Shown here: piece by piece, positions 36,695 through 51,600 of the stretch
How the letters are laid out: every line of letters begins with the position of its first letter
Numbering within the stretch: position 1 is the stretch's first letter
Source of the DNA: the human T2T-CHM13v2.0 reference genome, Homo sapiens
DNA length: 64,000 nt
Strand: one strand, 5' to 3'
Assembly: GCF_009914755.1 (NCBI RefSeq)
Contig: NC_060930.1
Notes under the pieces: generated by a model
The model's database searches: none
Seen by the model: only the letters and a program-made list of their open reading frames with translations
What the model was told of the DNA's origin: nothing
Position numbers and translations under genes: made by a program

Positions 36695-39600
36695 TGCGTT
36701 CAACTCACAGAGTTTAACGTTTCTTTTGATAGAGCGTTTCTGAAACACCCTTCTTGTAGTAGCTGCAAGTGGATATTTGGACCTATTGGAGGCCTTCTTT
36801 GGAAACGGGATTTCTTCATGTAACTCTAGATTGAAGAATTCTCAGAAACTCCTTTGTGATGTGTGCATTCAATTCAAAGAGTGAAACCTCCCTTTTCACA
36901 GAGCAGTTTTGAAACACTGTTTTTGTAGGATTTCCAAGGGGATATTTATAGCGCATTGAGCCTACGGCAGAAAAAGAAACATCTTCCTATAAAAACTAGA
37001 CAGAATAATTCTCAGAATCTGCTTTGCGATGTGTGCGTTCAACCCGCAGAGTAAAACTTTTCTTTTGATAGAGCAGTTTTGAAACACTCTTTTTGTAGTA
37101 TTTGCATGTGTATATTTAGAGCGCATTGAAGCCCACAGTAGAAAAGGAAATAACTTCACCTAAAACCTAGACAGAAGCAATCTCAGAAACTACTTTGTGA
37201 TGTGTACATTCAACTCACAGAGTGGAACTTTCCTCTTTATAGAGCAGTGTTGAAACACTCTTTTTGTAGAAACTGCAAGTGGATATTTGGACCTCTTTGA
37301 GGCTTTCGTTGGAAACGGGATTTCTTCCTGTAACCCTAGACAGAAGAATTTTCAGAAACCTCATTGTGATGTGTGCGTTCATCTCACAGAGTGGAGTCTT
37401 CCGTTTGATAGAGAAGTTTTGAAACCCTGTTCTTGTAGGATTTCCAAGTGGATATTTAGACCACTTTGAAGCCTATGATAGAAAAGGAAACATCTTCATG
37501 GAAAACATAGATAGAATCATTCTCAGAAACAACTTTGTGATGTGTGCGTTGAACTCACCGTCTTTAACCTTTCTTTTGGTAGAGAAGTTTTGAAACACTC
37601 TCTTTGTAAAGTCTACAAGTGGATATTTTGAGCCCTTGGAGGCATTCTTTGGAAAAGGGAATGTCTTCACATAAAAGGCAGACAGAAGTGTTCTCAGAAA
37701 CTGCTTTGTGATGTCTGTGTTCAACTCACAGAGTTTAACATTTCCTTTGATAGAGCGGTTTAGTAACCCTCTCTTTGTAGAATTTGGAAGTGTATACTAA
37801 GAGCGCTTTGAGGCCTATGGTAGAAAAGGAAATATCTTTCCATAAAAGCTAGACAGAAGCAATCTCAGAAACTCCTTTGTGATGTCTGCATTCAACTCAC
37901 CGAGTGGAACATTCCTCTTGATAGAGCAGTTTGGAAACACTCTTTCTGTAGAATCAGCTTGTTTGTATTTGGACCTCCTTGAGGCCTTCGTTGGAAACGG
38001 GTTTTCATCTTATAAACCCAGACAGAAGAATTCTCAGAGTCTTCTTTGTGATGTGTGCTTTCAACTCACCGAGATAAAGATTTCTCTTGATAGAGCAATT
38101 TGGAAACACTCTTTTTGTAGAATTTGCAAGGGTACATTGAGAGCGCTTTCAGGCCTATGGTAGAAAAGGGAATATCTTTCCATAAAAGGTAGACAGAAGC
38201 AATCTCAGAAACTACTTTGTGATGTGTGCATTCAACTCACCGAGTGCAACGTTCCTCTTGACCGAGCAGTTTGGAAACATTGTTTCTGTAGAATCTGCAA
38301 GTGGATATTTGGACCTCTTTGAGGCCTTCGTTGGAAACGGGATTTCTTCCTGTAAACCCAGACAGAAGAATTCTCAGAGACTTCTTTGTGATGTGTGAAT
38401 TCAACTCACAGTGTGGATCCTTCCTTTTGATAGAGCAGTTTTGAAACCCTGTTTTTGTAGTATTTCCAAGCGGATATTTGGAACGCCTTGAAGCGTATGG
38501 TAGAAAAGGAAATATCTTCCCATAAAACCTAGACAGAACCAATCTCAGAAACGACTTTGTGATGTCTGCATTCAAGTCACAGAGTTGAACATTTCTCTTG
38601 ATAGAGCAGTTTTGAAACCCTCTTTCTGAAGGATCTGCAAGTGGATATTTGGAACTCCTTTGGGTCTTCGTTGGAAACGGGATTTCTTCGTATAAATCTA
38701 GACAGAAGAATTCTCCGAAACTTCTTTGGTTGTGTGCATTCAAGTCACAGAGTGGAACCTTCCTTTGGATAGAGCAGTTTGAAACGCTGTGGTTGTAGTA
38801 TTTCCAAGCGGATATTAGAGCGCCTTGAGGCCTATGGTAGAAAAGGAAATATCTTCCCATAAAACCTAGACGGAAGCAATCTCAGAAACTACTGTGTGAT
38901 GGCTGCATTCCACACACACGGTGGAACATTTCTCTTGATAGAGCAGTTTTGAAACACTCTTTCTGTAGAATCTGCAAGTGGATAATTGGACCGCCTTGAG
39001 GCCTTCGTTGGAAACGGGATTTCTTCATGTTACTCTAGATAGAAGAATTCTCAAACACTGCTATGTGATGTTTGCATTCAAGTCACAGAGTGCAACATTC
39101 CTCTTGGTAGAGCAGTTGGGAAACACTCCTTTTGTAGAATCTGCAATGGGATATTTGGACTTCTTTGAGGCCTTCGTTGGAAACGGGATTTCTTCGTATG
39201 AATCTAGACAGAAGAATTCTCAGAAACTTCCTTGTGATGTGTGCATTCAACTCAGCGAGTGGCACCTTCCTTTGGATACAGCAGTTTTGAAACACTGTTT
39301 TTGTAGTATTTCCAAGCGGATATTTAGAGCGCCTTGAAGCCTATGCTAGAAATGGAAATATCTCCCCATAAAACCAAGACAGAAGCAATCTCAGAAACTA
39401 ATGTGTGATGGCTGCATTCCACACACACGGTGGACCATTTCTCTTGATAGAGCAGTTTTGAAACACTCTTTCTGTAGAATCTGCAAGTGGATAATTGGAC
39501 CTCCTAGAGGCCTTCGTTGGAAACGGGATTTCTTCATCTAAACCTACAGAGAAGAATTCTCAGTAACTTCTTCGGATGTGTGCATTCGACTCACAGAATG

Positions 39601-42600
39601 GAACATTCCCTTTGATAGAGCAGTTTTGAGACACCGCTTTGTAGAATTCCCAAGTGGATATTTAGAGCACTTTGAAGTCTCTGCTAGAAAAGGAAACATC
39701 TTCATGTAAAAAGTAGATAGAATCGTTCTCAGAAAGTGCTTAGTGACGTGTGCGTTCAACTCACAGAGTTTAACGTTTCTTTTGATAGAGCGTTTCTGAA
39801 ACACCCTTCTTGTAGTAGCTGCAAGTGGATATTTGGACCTATTGGAGGCCTTCTTTGGAAATGGGATTTCTTCATGTAACTCTAGATTGAAGAATTCTCA
39901 GAAACTCCTTTGTGATGTGTGCATTCAATTCAAAGAGTGAAACCTCCCTTTTCACAGAGCAGTTTTGAAACACTGTTTTTGTAGGATTTCCAAGGGGATA
40001 TTTATAGCGCATTGAGCCTACGGCGGAAAAAGAAACATCTTCCTATAAAAACTAGACAGAATACTTCTCAGAATCTGCTTTGCGATGTGTGCGTTCAACT
40101 CACAGAGTAAAACTTTTCTTTTGATAGAGCAGTTTTGAAACACTCTTTTTGTAGTATTTGCATGTGTATATTTAGAGCGCATTGAAGCCCACAGTAGAAA
40201 AGGAAATAACTTCACCTAAAACCTAGACAGAAGCAATCTCAGAAACTACTTTGTGATGTGTACATTCAACTCACAGAGTGGAACTTTCCTCTTTATAGAG
40301 CAGTGTTGAAACACTCTTTTTGTAGAAACTGCAAGTGGATATTTGGACCTCTTTGAGGCCTTCGTTGGAAACGGGATTTCTTCCTGTAACCCTAGACAGA
40401 AGAATTTTCAGAAACCTCATTGTGATGTGTGCGTTCATCTCACAGAGTGGAGTCTTCCGTTTGATAGAGAAGTTTTGAAACCCTGTTCTTGTAGGATTTC
40501 CAAGTGGATATTTAGACCACTTTGAAGCCTATGATAGAAAAGGAAACATCTTCATGGAAAACATAGATAGAATCATTCTCAGAAACAACTTTGTGATGTG
40601 TGCGTTGAACTCACCGTCTTTAACCTTTCTTTTGGTAGAGAAGTTTTGAAACACTCTCTTTGTAAAGTCTACAAGTGGATATTTTGAGCCCTTGGAGGCA
40701 TTCTTTGGAAAAGGGAATGTCTTCACATAAAAGGCAGACAGAAGTGTTCTCAGAAACTGCTTTGTGATGTCTGTGTTCAACTCACAGAGTTTAACATTTC
40801 CTTTGATAGAGCGGTTTAGTAACCCTCTCTTTGTAGAATTTGGAAGTGTATACTAAGAGCGCTTTGAGGCCTATGGTAGAAAAGGAAATATCTTTCCATA
40901 AAAGCTAGACAGAAGCAATCTCAGAAACTCCTTTGTGATGTCTGCATTCAACTCACCGAGTGGAACATTCCTCTTGATAGAGCAGTTTGGAAACACTCTT
41001 TCTGTAGAATCAGCTTGTTTGTATTTGGACCTCCTTGAGGCCTTCGTTGGAAACGGGTTTTCATCTTATAAACCCAGACAGAAGAATTCTCAGAGTCTTC
41101 TTTGTGATGTGTGCTTTCAACTCACCGAGATAAAGATTTCTCTTGATAGAGCAATTTGGAAACACTCTTTTTGTAGAATTTGCAAGGGTACATTGAGAGC
41201 GCTTTCAGGCCTATGGTAGAAAAGGGAATATCTTTCCATAAAAGGTAGACAGAAGCAATCTCAGAAACTACTTTGTGATGTGTGCATTCAACTCACCGAG
41301 TGCAACGTTCCTCTTGACCGAGCAGTTTGGAAACATTGTTTCTGTAGAATCTGCAAGTGGATATTTGGACCTCTTTGAGGCCTTCGTTGGAAAAGGGATT
41401 TCTTCCTGTAAACCCAGACAGAAGAATTCTCAGAGACTTCTTTGTGATGTGTGAATTCAACTCACAGTGTGGATCCTTCCTTTTGATAGAGCAGTTTTGA
41501 AACCCTGTTTTTGTAGTATTTCCAAGCGGATATTTGGAACGCCTTGAAGCGTATGGTAGAAAAGGAAATATCTTCCCATAAAACCTAGACAGAACCAATC
41601 TCAGAAACGACTTTGTGATGTCTGCATTCAAGTCACAGAGTTGAACATTTCTTTTGATAGAGCAGTTTTGAAACCCTCTTTCTGAAGGATCTGCAAGTGG
41701 ATATTTGGAACTCCTTTGGGTCTTCGTTGGAAACGGGATTTCTTCGTATAAATCTAGACAGAAGAATTCTCCGAAACTTCTTTGGTTGTGTGCATTCAAG
41801 TCACAGAGTGGAACCTTCCTTTGGATAGAGCAGTTTGAAACGCTGTGGTTGTAGTATTTCCAAGCGGATATTAGAGCGCCTTGAGGCCTATGGTAGAAAA
41901 GGAAATATCTTGCCATAAAACCTAGTCGGAAGCAATCTCAGAAACTACTGTGTGATGGCTGCATTCCACACACACGGTGGAACATTTCTCTTGATAGAGC
42001 AGTTTTGAAACACTCTTTCTGTAGAATCTGCAAGTGGATAATTGGACCGCCTTGAGGCCTTCGTTGGAAACGGGATTTCTTCATGTTACTCTAGATAGAA
42101 GAATTCTCAAACACTGCTATGTGATGTTTGCATTCAAGTCACAGAGTGCAACATTCCTCTTGGTAGAGCAGTTGGGAAACACTCCTTTTGTAGAATCTGC
42201 AATGGGATATTTGGACTTCTTTGAGGCCTTCGTTGGAAACGGGATTTCTTCGTATGAATCTAGACAGAAGAATTCTCAGAAACTTCCTTGTGATGTGTGC
42301 ATTCAACTCAGCGAGTGGCACCTTCCTTTGGATACAGCAGTTTTGAAACACTGTTTTTGTAGTATTTCCAAGCGGATATTTAGAGCGCCTTGAAGCCTAT
42401 GCTAGAAATGGAAATATCTCCCCATAAAACCAAGACAGAAGCAATCTCAGAAACTAATGTGTGATGGCTGCATTCCACACACACGGTGGACCATTTCTCT
42501 TGATAGAGCAGTTTTGAAACACTCTTTCTGTAGAATCTGCAAGTGGATAATTGGACCTCCTAGAGGCCTTCGTTGGAAACGGGATTTCTTCATCTAAACC

Positions 42601-45600
42601 TACAGAGAAGAATTCTCAGTAACTTCTTCGGATGTGTGCATTCGACTCACAGAATGGAACATTCCCTTTGATAGAGCAGTTTTGAGACACCGCTTTGTAG
42701 AATTCCCAAGTGGATATTTAGAGCACTTTGAAGTCTCTGCTAGAAAAGGAAACATCTTCATGTAAAAAGTAGATAGAATCGTTCTCAGAAAGTGCTTAGT
42801 GACGTGTGCGTTCAACTCACAGAGTTTAACGTTTCTTTTGATAGAGCGTTTCTGAAACACCCTTCTTGTAGTAGCTGCAAGTGGATATTTGGACCTATTG
42901 GAGGCCTTCTTTGGAAATGGGATTTCTTCATGTAACTCTAGATTGAAGAATTCTCAGAAACTCCTTTGTGATGTGTGCATTCAATTCAAAGAGTGAAACC
43001 TCCCTTTTCACAGAGCAGTTTTGAAACACTGTTTTTGTAGGATTTCCAAGGGGATATTTATAGCGCATTGAGCCTACGGCGGAAAAAGAAACATCTTCCT
43101 ATAAAAACTAGACAGAATACTTCTCAGAATCTGCTTTGCGATGTGTGCGTTCAACTCACAGAGTAAAACTTTTCTTTTGATAGAGCAGTTTTGAAACACT
43201 CTTTTTGTAGTATTTGCATGTGTATATTTAGAGCGCATTGAAGCCCACAGTAGAAAAGGAAATAACTTCACCTAAAACCTAGACAGAAGCAATCTCAGAA
43301 ACTACTTTGTGATGTGTACATTCAACTCACAGAGTGGAACTTTCCTCTTTATAGAGCAGTGTTGAAACACTCTTTTTGTAGAAACTGCAAGTGGATATTT
43401 GGACCTCTTTGAGGCTTTCGTTAGAAACGGGATTTCTTCCTGTAACCCTAGACAGAAGAATTTTCAGAAACCTCATTGTGATGTGTGCGTTCATCTCACA
43501 GAGTGGAGTCTTCCGTTTGATAGAGAAGTTTTGAAACCCTGTTCTTGTAGGATTTCCAAGTGGATATTTAGACCACTTTGAAGCCTATGATAGAAAAGGA
43601 AACATCTTCATGGAAAACATAGATAGAATCATTCTCAGAAACAACTTTGTGATGTGTGCGTTGAACTCACCGTCTTTAACCTTTCTTTTGGTAGAGAAGT
43701 TTTGAAACACTCTCTTTGTAAAGTCTACAAGTGGATATTTTGAGCCCTTGGAGGCATTCTTTGGAAAAGGGAATGTCTTCACATAAAAGGCAGACAGAAG
43801 TGTTCTCAGAAACTGCTTTGTGATGTCTGTGTTCAACTCACAGAGTTTAACATTTCCTTTGATAGAGCGGTTTAGTAACCCTCTCTTTGTAGAATTTGGA
43901 AGTGTATACTAAGAGCGCTTTGAGGCCTATGGTAGAAAAGGAAATATCTTTCCATAAAAGCTAGACAGAAGCAATCTCAGAAACTCCTTTGTGATGTCTG
44001 CATTCAACTCACCGAGTGGAACATTCCTCTTGATAGAGCAGTTTGGAAACACTCTTTCTGTAGAATCAGCTTGTTTGTATTTGGACCTCCTTGAGGCCTT
44101 CGTTGGAAACGGGTTTTCATCTTATAAACCCAGACAGAAGAATTCTCAGAGTCTTCTTTGTGATGTGTGCTTTCAACTCACCGAGATAAAGATTTCTCTT
44201 GATAGAGCAATTTGGAAACACTCTTTTTGTAGAATTTGCAAGGGTACATTGAGAGCGCTTTCAGGCCTATGGTAGAAAAGGGAATATCTTTCCATAAAAG
44301 GTAGACAGAAGCAATCTCAGAAACTACTTTGTGATGTGTGCATTCAACTCACCGAGTGCAACGTTCCTCTTGACCGAGCAGTTTGGAAACATTGTTTCTG
44401 TAGAATCTGCAAGTGGATATTTGGACCTCTTTGAGGCCTTCGTTGGAAACGGGATTTCTTCCTGTAAACCCAGACAGAAGAATTCTCAGAGACTTCTTTG
44501 TGATGTGTGAATTCAACTCACAGTGTGGATCCTTCCTTTTGATAGAGCAGTTTTGAAACCCTGTTTTTGTAGTATTTCCAAGCGGATATTTGGAACGCCT
44601 TGAAGCGTATGGTAGAAAAGGAAATATCTTCCCATAAAACCTAGACAGAACCAATCTCAGAAACGACTTTGTGATGTCTGCATTCAAGTCACAGAGTTGA
44701 ACATTTCTCTTGATAGAGCAGTTTTGAAACCCTCTTTCTGAAGGATCTGCAAGTGGATATTTGGAACTCCTTTGGGTCTTCGTTGGAAACGGGATTTCTT
44801 CGTATAAATCTAGACAGAAGAATTCTCCGAAACTTCTTTGGTTGTGTGCATTCAAGTCACAGAGTGGAACCTTCCTTTGGATAGAGCAGTTTGAAACGCT
44901 GTGGTTGTAGTATTTCCAAGCGGATATTAGAGCGCCTTGAGGCCTATGGTAGAAAAGGAAATATCTTCCCATAAAACCTAGACGGAAGCAATCTCAGAAA
45001 CTACTGTGTGATGGCTGCATTCCACACACACGGTGGAACATTTCTCTTGATAGAGCAGTTTTGAAACACTCTTTCTGTAGAATCTGCAAGTGGATAATTG
45101 GACCGCCTTGAGGCCTTCGTTGGAAACGGGATTTCTTCATGTTACTCTAGATAGAAGAATTCTCAAACACTGCTATGTGATGTTTGCATTCAAGTCACAG
45201 AGTGCAACATTCCTCTTGGTAGAGCAGTTGGGAAACACTCCTTTTGTAGAATCTGCAATGGGATATTTGGACTTCTTTGAGGCCTTCGTTGGAAACGGGA
45301 TTTCTTCGTATGAATCTAGACAGAAGAATTCTCAGAAACTTCCTTGTGATGTGTGCATTCAACTCAGCGAGTGGCACCTTCCTTTGGATACAGCAGTTTT
45401 GAAACACTGTTTTTGTAGTATTTCCAAGCGGATATTTAGAGCGCCTTGAAGCCTATGCTAGAAATGGAAATATCTCCCCATAAAACCAAGACAGAAGCAA
45501 TCTCAGAAACTAATGTGTGATGGCTGCATTCCACACACACGGTGGACCATTTCTCTTGATAGAGCAGTTTTGAAACACTCTTTCTGTAGAATCTGCAAGT

Positions 45601-48600
45601 GGATAATTGGACCTCCTAGAGGCCTTCGTTGGAAACGGGATTTCTTCATCTAAACCTACAGAGAAGAATTCTCAGTAACTTCTTCGGATGTGTGCATTCG
45701 ACTCACAGAATGGAACATTCCCTTTGATAGAGCAGTTTTGAGACACCGCTTTGTAGAATTCCCAAGTGGATATTTAGAGCACTTTGAAGTCTCTGCTAGA
45801 AAAGGAAACATCTTCATGTAAAAAGTAGATAGAATCGTTCTCAGAAAGTGCTTAGTGACGTGTGCGTTCAACTCACAGAGTTTAACGTTTCTTTTGATAG
45901 AGCGTTTCTGAAACACCCTTCTTGTAGTAGCTGCAAGTGGATATTTGGACCTATTGGAGGCCTTCTTTGGAAATGGGATTTCTTCATGTAACTCTAGATT
46001 GAAGAATTCTCAGAAACTCCTTTGTGATGTGTGCATTCAATTCAAAGAGTGAAACCTCCCTTTTCACAGAGCAGTTTTGAAACACTGTTTTTGTAGGATT
46101 TCCAAGGGGATATTTATAGCGCATTGAGCCTACGGCGGAAAAAGAAACATCTTCCTATAAAAACTAGACAGAATACTTCTCAGAATCTGCTTTGCGATGT
46201 GTGCGTTCAACTCACAGAGTAAAACTTTTCTTTTGATAGAGCAGTTTTGAAACACTCTTTTTGTAGTATTTGCATGTGTATATTTAGAGCGCATTGAAGC
46301 CCACAGTAGAAAAGGAAATAACTTCACCTAAAACCTAGACAGAAGCAATCTCAGAAACTACTTTGTGATGTGTACATTCAACTCACAGAGTGGAACTTTC
46401 CTCTTTATAGAGCAGTGTTGAAACACTCTTTTTGTAGAAACTGCAAGTGGATATTTGGACCTCTTTGAGGCCTTCGTTGGAAACGGGATTTCTTCCTGTA
46501 ACCCTAGACAGAAGAATTTTCAGAAACCTCATTGTGATGTGTGCGTTCATCTCACAGAGTGGAGTCTTCCGTTTGATAGAGAAGTTTTGAAACCCTGTTC
46601 TTGTAGGATTTCCAAGTGGATATTTAGACCACTTTGAAGCCTATGATAGAAAAGGAAACATCTTCATGGAAAACATAGATAGAATCATTCTCAGAAACAA
46701 CTTTGTGATGTGTGCGTTGAACTCACCGTCTTTAACCTTTCTTTTGGTAGAGAAGTTTTGAAACACTCTCTTTGTAAAGTCTACAAGTGGATATTTTGAG
46801 CCCTTGGAGGCATTCTTTGGAAAAGGGAATGTCTTCACATAAAAGGCAGACAGAAGTGTTCTCAGAAACTGCTTTGTGATGTCTGTGTTCAACTCACAGA
46901 GTTTAACATTTCCTTTGATAGAGCGGTTTAGTAACCCTCTCTTTGTAGAATTTGGAAGTGTATACTAAGAGCGCTTTGAGGCCTATGGTAGAAAAGGAAA
47001 TATCTTTCCATAAAAGCTAGACAGAAGCAATCTCAGAAACTCCTTTGTGATGTCTGCATTCAACTCACCGAGTGGAACATTCCTCTTGATAGAGCAGTTT
47101 GGAAACACTCTTTCTGTAGAATCAGCTTGTTTGTATTTGGACCTCCTTGAGGCCTTCGTTGGAAACGGGTTTTCATCTTATAAACCCAGACAGAAGAATT
47201 CTCAGAGTCTTCTTTGTGATGTGTGCTTTCAACTCACCGAGATAAAGATTTCTCTTGATAGAGCAATTTGGAAACACTCTTTTTGTAGAATTTGCAAGGG
47301 TACATTGAGAGCGCTTTCAGGCCTATGGTAGAAAAGGGAATATCTTTCCATAAAAGGTAGACAGAAGCAATCTCAGAAACTACTTTGTGATGTGTGCATT
47401 CAACTCACCGAGTGCAACGTTCCTCTTGACCGAGCAGTTTGGAAACATTGTTTCTGTAGAATCTGCAAGTGGATATTTGGACCTCTTTGAGGCCTTCGTT
47501 GGAAAAGGGATTTCTTCCTGTAAACCCAGACAGAAGAATTCTCAGAGACTTCTTTGTGATGTGTGAATTCAACTCACAGTGTGGATCCTTCCTTTTGATA
47601 GAGCAGTTTTGAAACCCTGTTTTTGTAGTATTTCCAAGCGGATATTTGGAACGCCTTGAAGCGTATGGTAGAAAAGGAAATATCTTCCCATAAAACCTAG
47701 ACAGAACCAATCTCAGAAACGACTTTGTGATGTCTGCATTCAAGTCACAGAGTTGAACATTTCTTTTGATAGAGCAGTTTTGAAACCCTCTTTCTGAAGG
47801 ATCTGCAAGTGGATATTTGGAACTCCTTTGGGTCTTCGTTGGAAACGGGATTTCTTCGTATAAATCTAGACAGAAGAATTCTCCGAAACTTCTTTGGTTG
47901 TGTGCATTCAAGTCACAGAGTGGAACCTTCCTTTGGATAGAGCAGTTTGAAACGCTGTGGTTGTAGTATTTCCAAGCGGATATTAGAGCGCCTTGAGGCC
48001 TGTGGTAGAAAAGGAAATATCTTGCCATAAAACCTAGTCGGAAGCAATCTCAGAAACTACTGTGTGATGGCTGCATTCCACACACACGGTGGAACATTTC
48101 TCTTGATAGAGCAGTTTTGAAACACTCTTTCTGTAGAATCTGCAAGTGGATAATTGGACCGCCTTGAGGCCTTCGTTGGAAACGGGATTTCTTCATGTTA
48201 CTCTAGATAGAAGAATTCTCAAACACTGCTATGTGATGTTTGCATTCAAGTCACAGAGTGCAACATTCCTCTTGGTAGAGCAGTTGGGAAACACTCCTTT
48301 TGTAGAATCTGCAATGGGATATTTGGACTTCTTTGAGGCCTTCGTTGGAAACGGGATTTCTTCGTATGAATCTAGACAGAAGAATTCTCAGAAACTTCCT
48401 TGTGATGTGTGCATTCAACTCAGCGAGTGGCACCTTCCTTTGGATACAGCAGTTTTGAAACACTGTTTTTGTAGTATTTCCAAGCGGATATTTAGAGCGC
48501 CTTGAAGCCTATGCTAGAAATGGAAATATCTCCCCATAAAACCAAGACAGAAGCAATCTCAGAAACTAATGTGTGATGGCTGCATTCCACACACACGGTG

Positions 48601-51600
48601 GACCATTTCTCTTGATAGAGCAGTTTTGAAACACTCTTTCTGTAGAATCTGCAAGTGGATAATTGGACCTCCTAGAGGCCTTCGTTGGAAACGGGATTTC
48701 TTCATCTAAACCTACAGAGAAGAATTCTCAGTAACTTCTTCGGATGTGTGCATTCGACTCACAGAATGGAACATTCCCTTTGATAGAGCAGTTTTGAGAC
48801 ACCGCTTTGTAGAATTCCCAAGTGGATATTTAGAGCACTTTGAAGTCTCTGCTAGAAAAGGAAACATCTTCATGTAAAAAGTAGATAGAATCGTTCTCAG
48901 AAAGTGCTTAGTGACGTGTGCGTTCAACTCACAGAGTTTAACGTTTCTTTTGATAGAGCGTTTCTGAAACACCCTTCTTGTAGTAGCTGCAAGTGGATAT
49001 TTGGACCTATTGGAGGCCTTCTTTGGAAATGGGATTTCTTCATGTAACTCTAGATTGAAGAATTCTCAGAAACTCCTTTGTGATGTGTGCATTCAATTCA
49101 AAGAGTGAAACCTCCCTTTTCACAGAGCAGTTTTGAAACACTGTTTTTGTAGGATTTCCAAGGGGATATTTATAGCGCATTGAGCCTACGGCGGAAAAAG
49201 AAACATCTTCCTATAAAAACTAGACAGAATACTTCTCAGAATCTGCTTTGCGATGTGTGCGTTCAACTCACAGAGTAAAACTTTTCTTTTGATAGAGCAG
49301 TTTTGAAACACTCTTTTTGTAGTATTTGCATGTGTATATTTAGAGCGCATTGAAGCCCACAGTAGAAAAGGAAATAACTTCACCTAAAACCTAGACAGAA
49401 GCAATCTCAGAAACTACTTTGTGATGTGTACATTCAACTCACAGAGTGGAACTTTCCTCTTTATAGAGCAGTGTTGAAACACTCTTTTTGTAGAAACTGC
49501 AAGTGGATATTTGGACCTCTTTGAGGCTTTCGTTGGAAACGGGATTTCTTCCTGTAACCCTAGACAGAAGAATTTTCAGAAACCTCATTGTGATGTGTGC
49601 GTTCATCTCACAGAGTGGAGTCTTCCGTTTGATAGAGAAGTTTTGAAACCCTGTTCTTGTAGGATTTCCAAGTGGATATTTAGACCACTTTGAAGCCTAT
49701 GATAGAAAAGGAAACATCTTCATGGAAAACATAGATAGAATCATTCTCAGAAACAACTTTGTGATGTGTGCGTTGAACTCACCGTCTTTAACCTTTCTTT
49801 TGGTAGAGAAGTTTTGAAACACTCTCTTTGTAAAGTCTACAAGTGGATATTTTGAGCCCTTGGAGGCATTCTTTGGAAAAGGGAATGTCTTCACATAAAA
49901 GGCAGACAGAAGTGTTCTCAGAAACTGCTTTGTGATGTCTGTGTTCAACTCACAGAGTTTAACATTTCCTTTGATAGAGCGGTTTAGTAACCCTCTCTTT
50001 GTAGAATTTGGAAGTGTATACTAAGAGCGCTTTGAGGCCTATGGTAGAAAAGGAAATATCTTTCCATAAAAGCTAGACAGAAGCAATCTCAGAAACTCCT
50101 TTGTGATGTCTGCATTCAACTCACCGAGTGGAACATTCCTCTTGATAGAGCAGTTTGGAAACACTCTTTCTGTAGAATCAGCTTGTTTGTATTTGGACCT
50201 CCTTGAGGCCTTCGTTGGAAACGGGTTTTCATCTTATAAACCCAGACAGAAGAATTCTCAGAGTCTTCTTTGTGATGTGTGCTTTCAACTCACCGAGATA
50301 AAGATTTCTCTTGATAGAGCAATTTGGAAACACTCTTTTTGTAGAATTTGCAAGGGTACATTGAGAGCGCTTTCAGGCCTATGGTAGAAAAGGGAATATC
50401 TTTCCATAAAAGGTAGACAGAAGCAATCTCAGAAACTACTTTGTGATGTGTGCATTCAACTCACCGAGTGCAACGTTCCTCTTGACTGAGCAGTTTGGAA
50501 ACATTGTTTCTGTAGAATCTGCAAGTGGATATTTGGACCTCTTTGAGGCCTTCGTTGGAAACGGGATTTCTTCCTGTAAACCCAGACAGAAGAATTCTCA
50601 GAGACTTCTTTGTGATGTGTGAATTCAACTCACAGTGTGGATCCTTCCTTTTGATAGAGCAGTTTTGAAACCCTGTTTTTGTAGTATTTCCAAGCGGATA
50701 TTTGGAACGCCTTGAAGCGTATGGTAGAAAAGGAAATATCTTCCCATAAAACCTAGACAGAACCAATCTCAGAAACGACTTTGTGATGTCTGCATTCAAG
50801 TCACAGAGTTGAACATTTCTCTTGATAGAGCAGTTTTGAAACCCTCTTTCTGAAGGATCTGCAAGTGGATATTTGGAACTCCTTTGGGTCTTCGTTGGAA
50901 ACGGGATTTCTTCGTATAAATCTAGACAGAAGAATTCTCCGAAACTTCTTTGGTTGTGTGCATTCAAGTCACAGAGTGGAACCTTCCTTTGGATAGAGCA
51001 GTTTGAAACGCTGTGGTTGTAGTATTTCCAAGCGGATATTAGAGCGCCTTGAGGCCTATGGTAGAAAAGGAAATATCTTCCCATAAAACCTAGACGGAAG
51101 CAATCTCAGAAACTACTGTGTGATGGCTGCATTCCACACACACGGTGGAACATTTCTCTTGATAGAGCAGTTTTGAAACACTCTTTCTGTAGAATCTGCA
51201 AGTGGATAATTGGACCGCCTTGAGGCCTTCGTTGGAAACGGGATTTCTTCATGTTACTCTAGATAGAAGAATTCTCAAACACTGCTATGTGATGTTTGCA
51301 TTCAAGTCACAGAGTGCAACATTCCTCTTGGTAGAGCAGTTGGGAAACACTCCTTTTGTAGAATCTGCAATGGGATATTTGGACTTCTTTGAGGCCTTCG
51401 TTGGAAACGGGATTTCTTCGTATGAATCTAGACAGAAGAATTCTCAGAAACTTCCTTGTGATGTGTGCATTCAACTCAGCGAGTGGCACCTTCCTTTGGA
51501 TACAGCAGTTTTGAAACACTGTTTTTGTAGTATTTCCAAGCGGATATTTAGAGCGCCTTGAAGCCTATGCTAGAAATGGAAATATCTCCCCATAAAACCA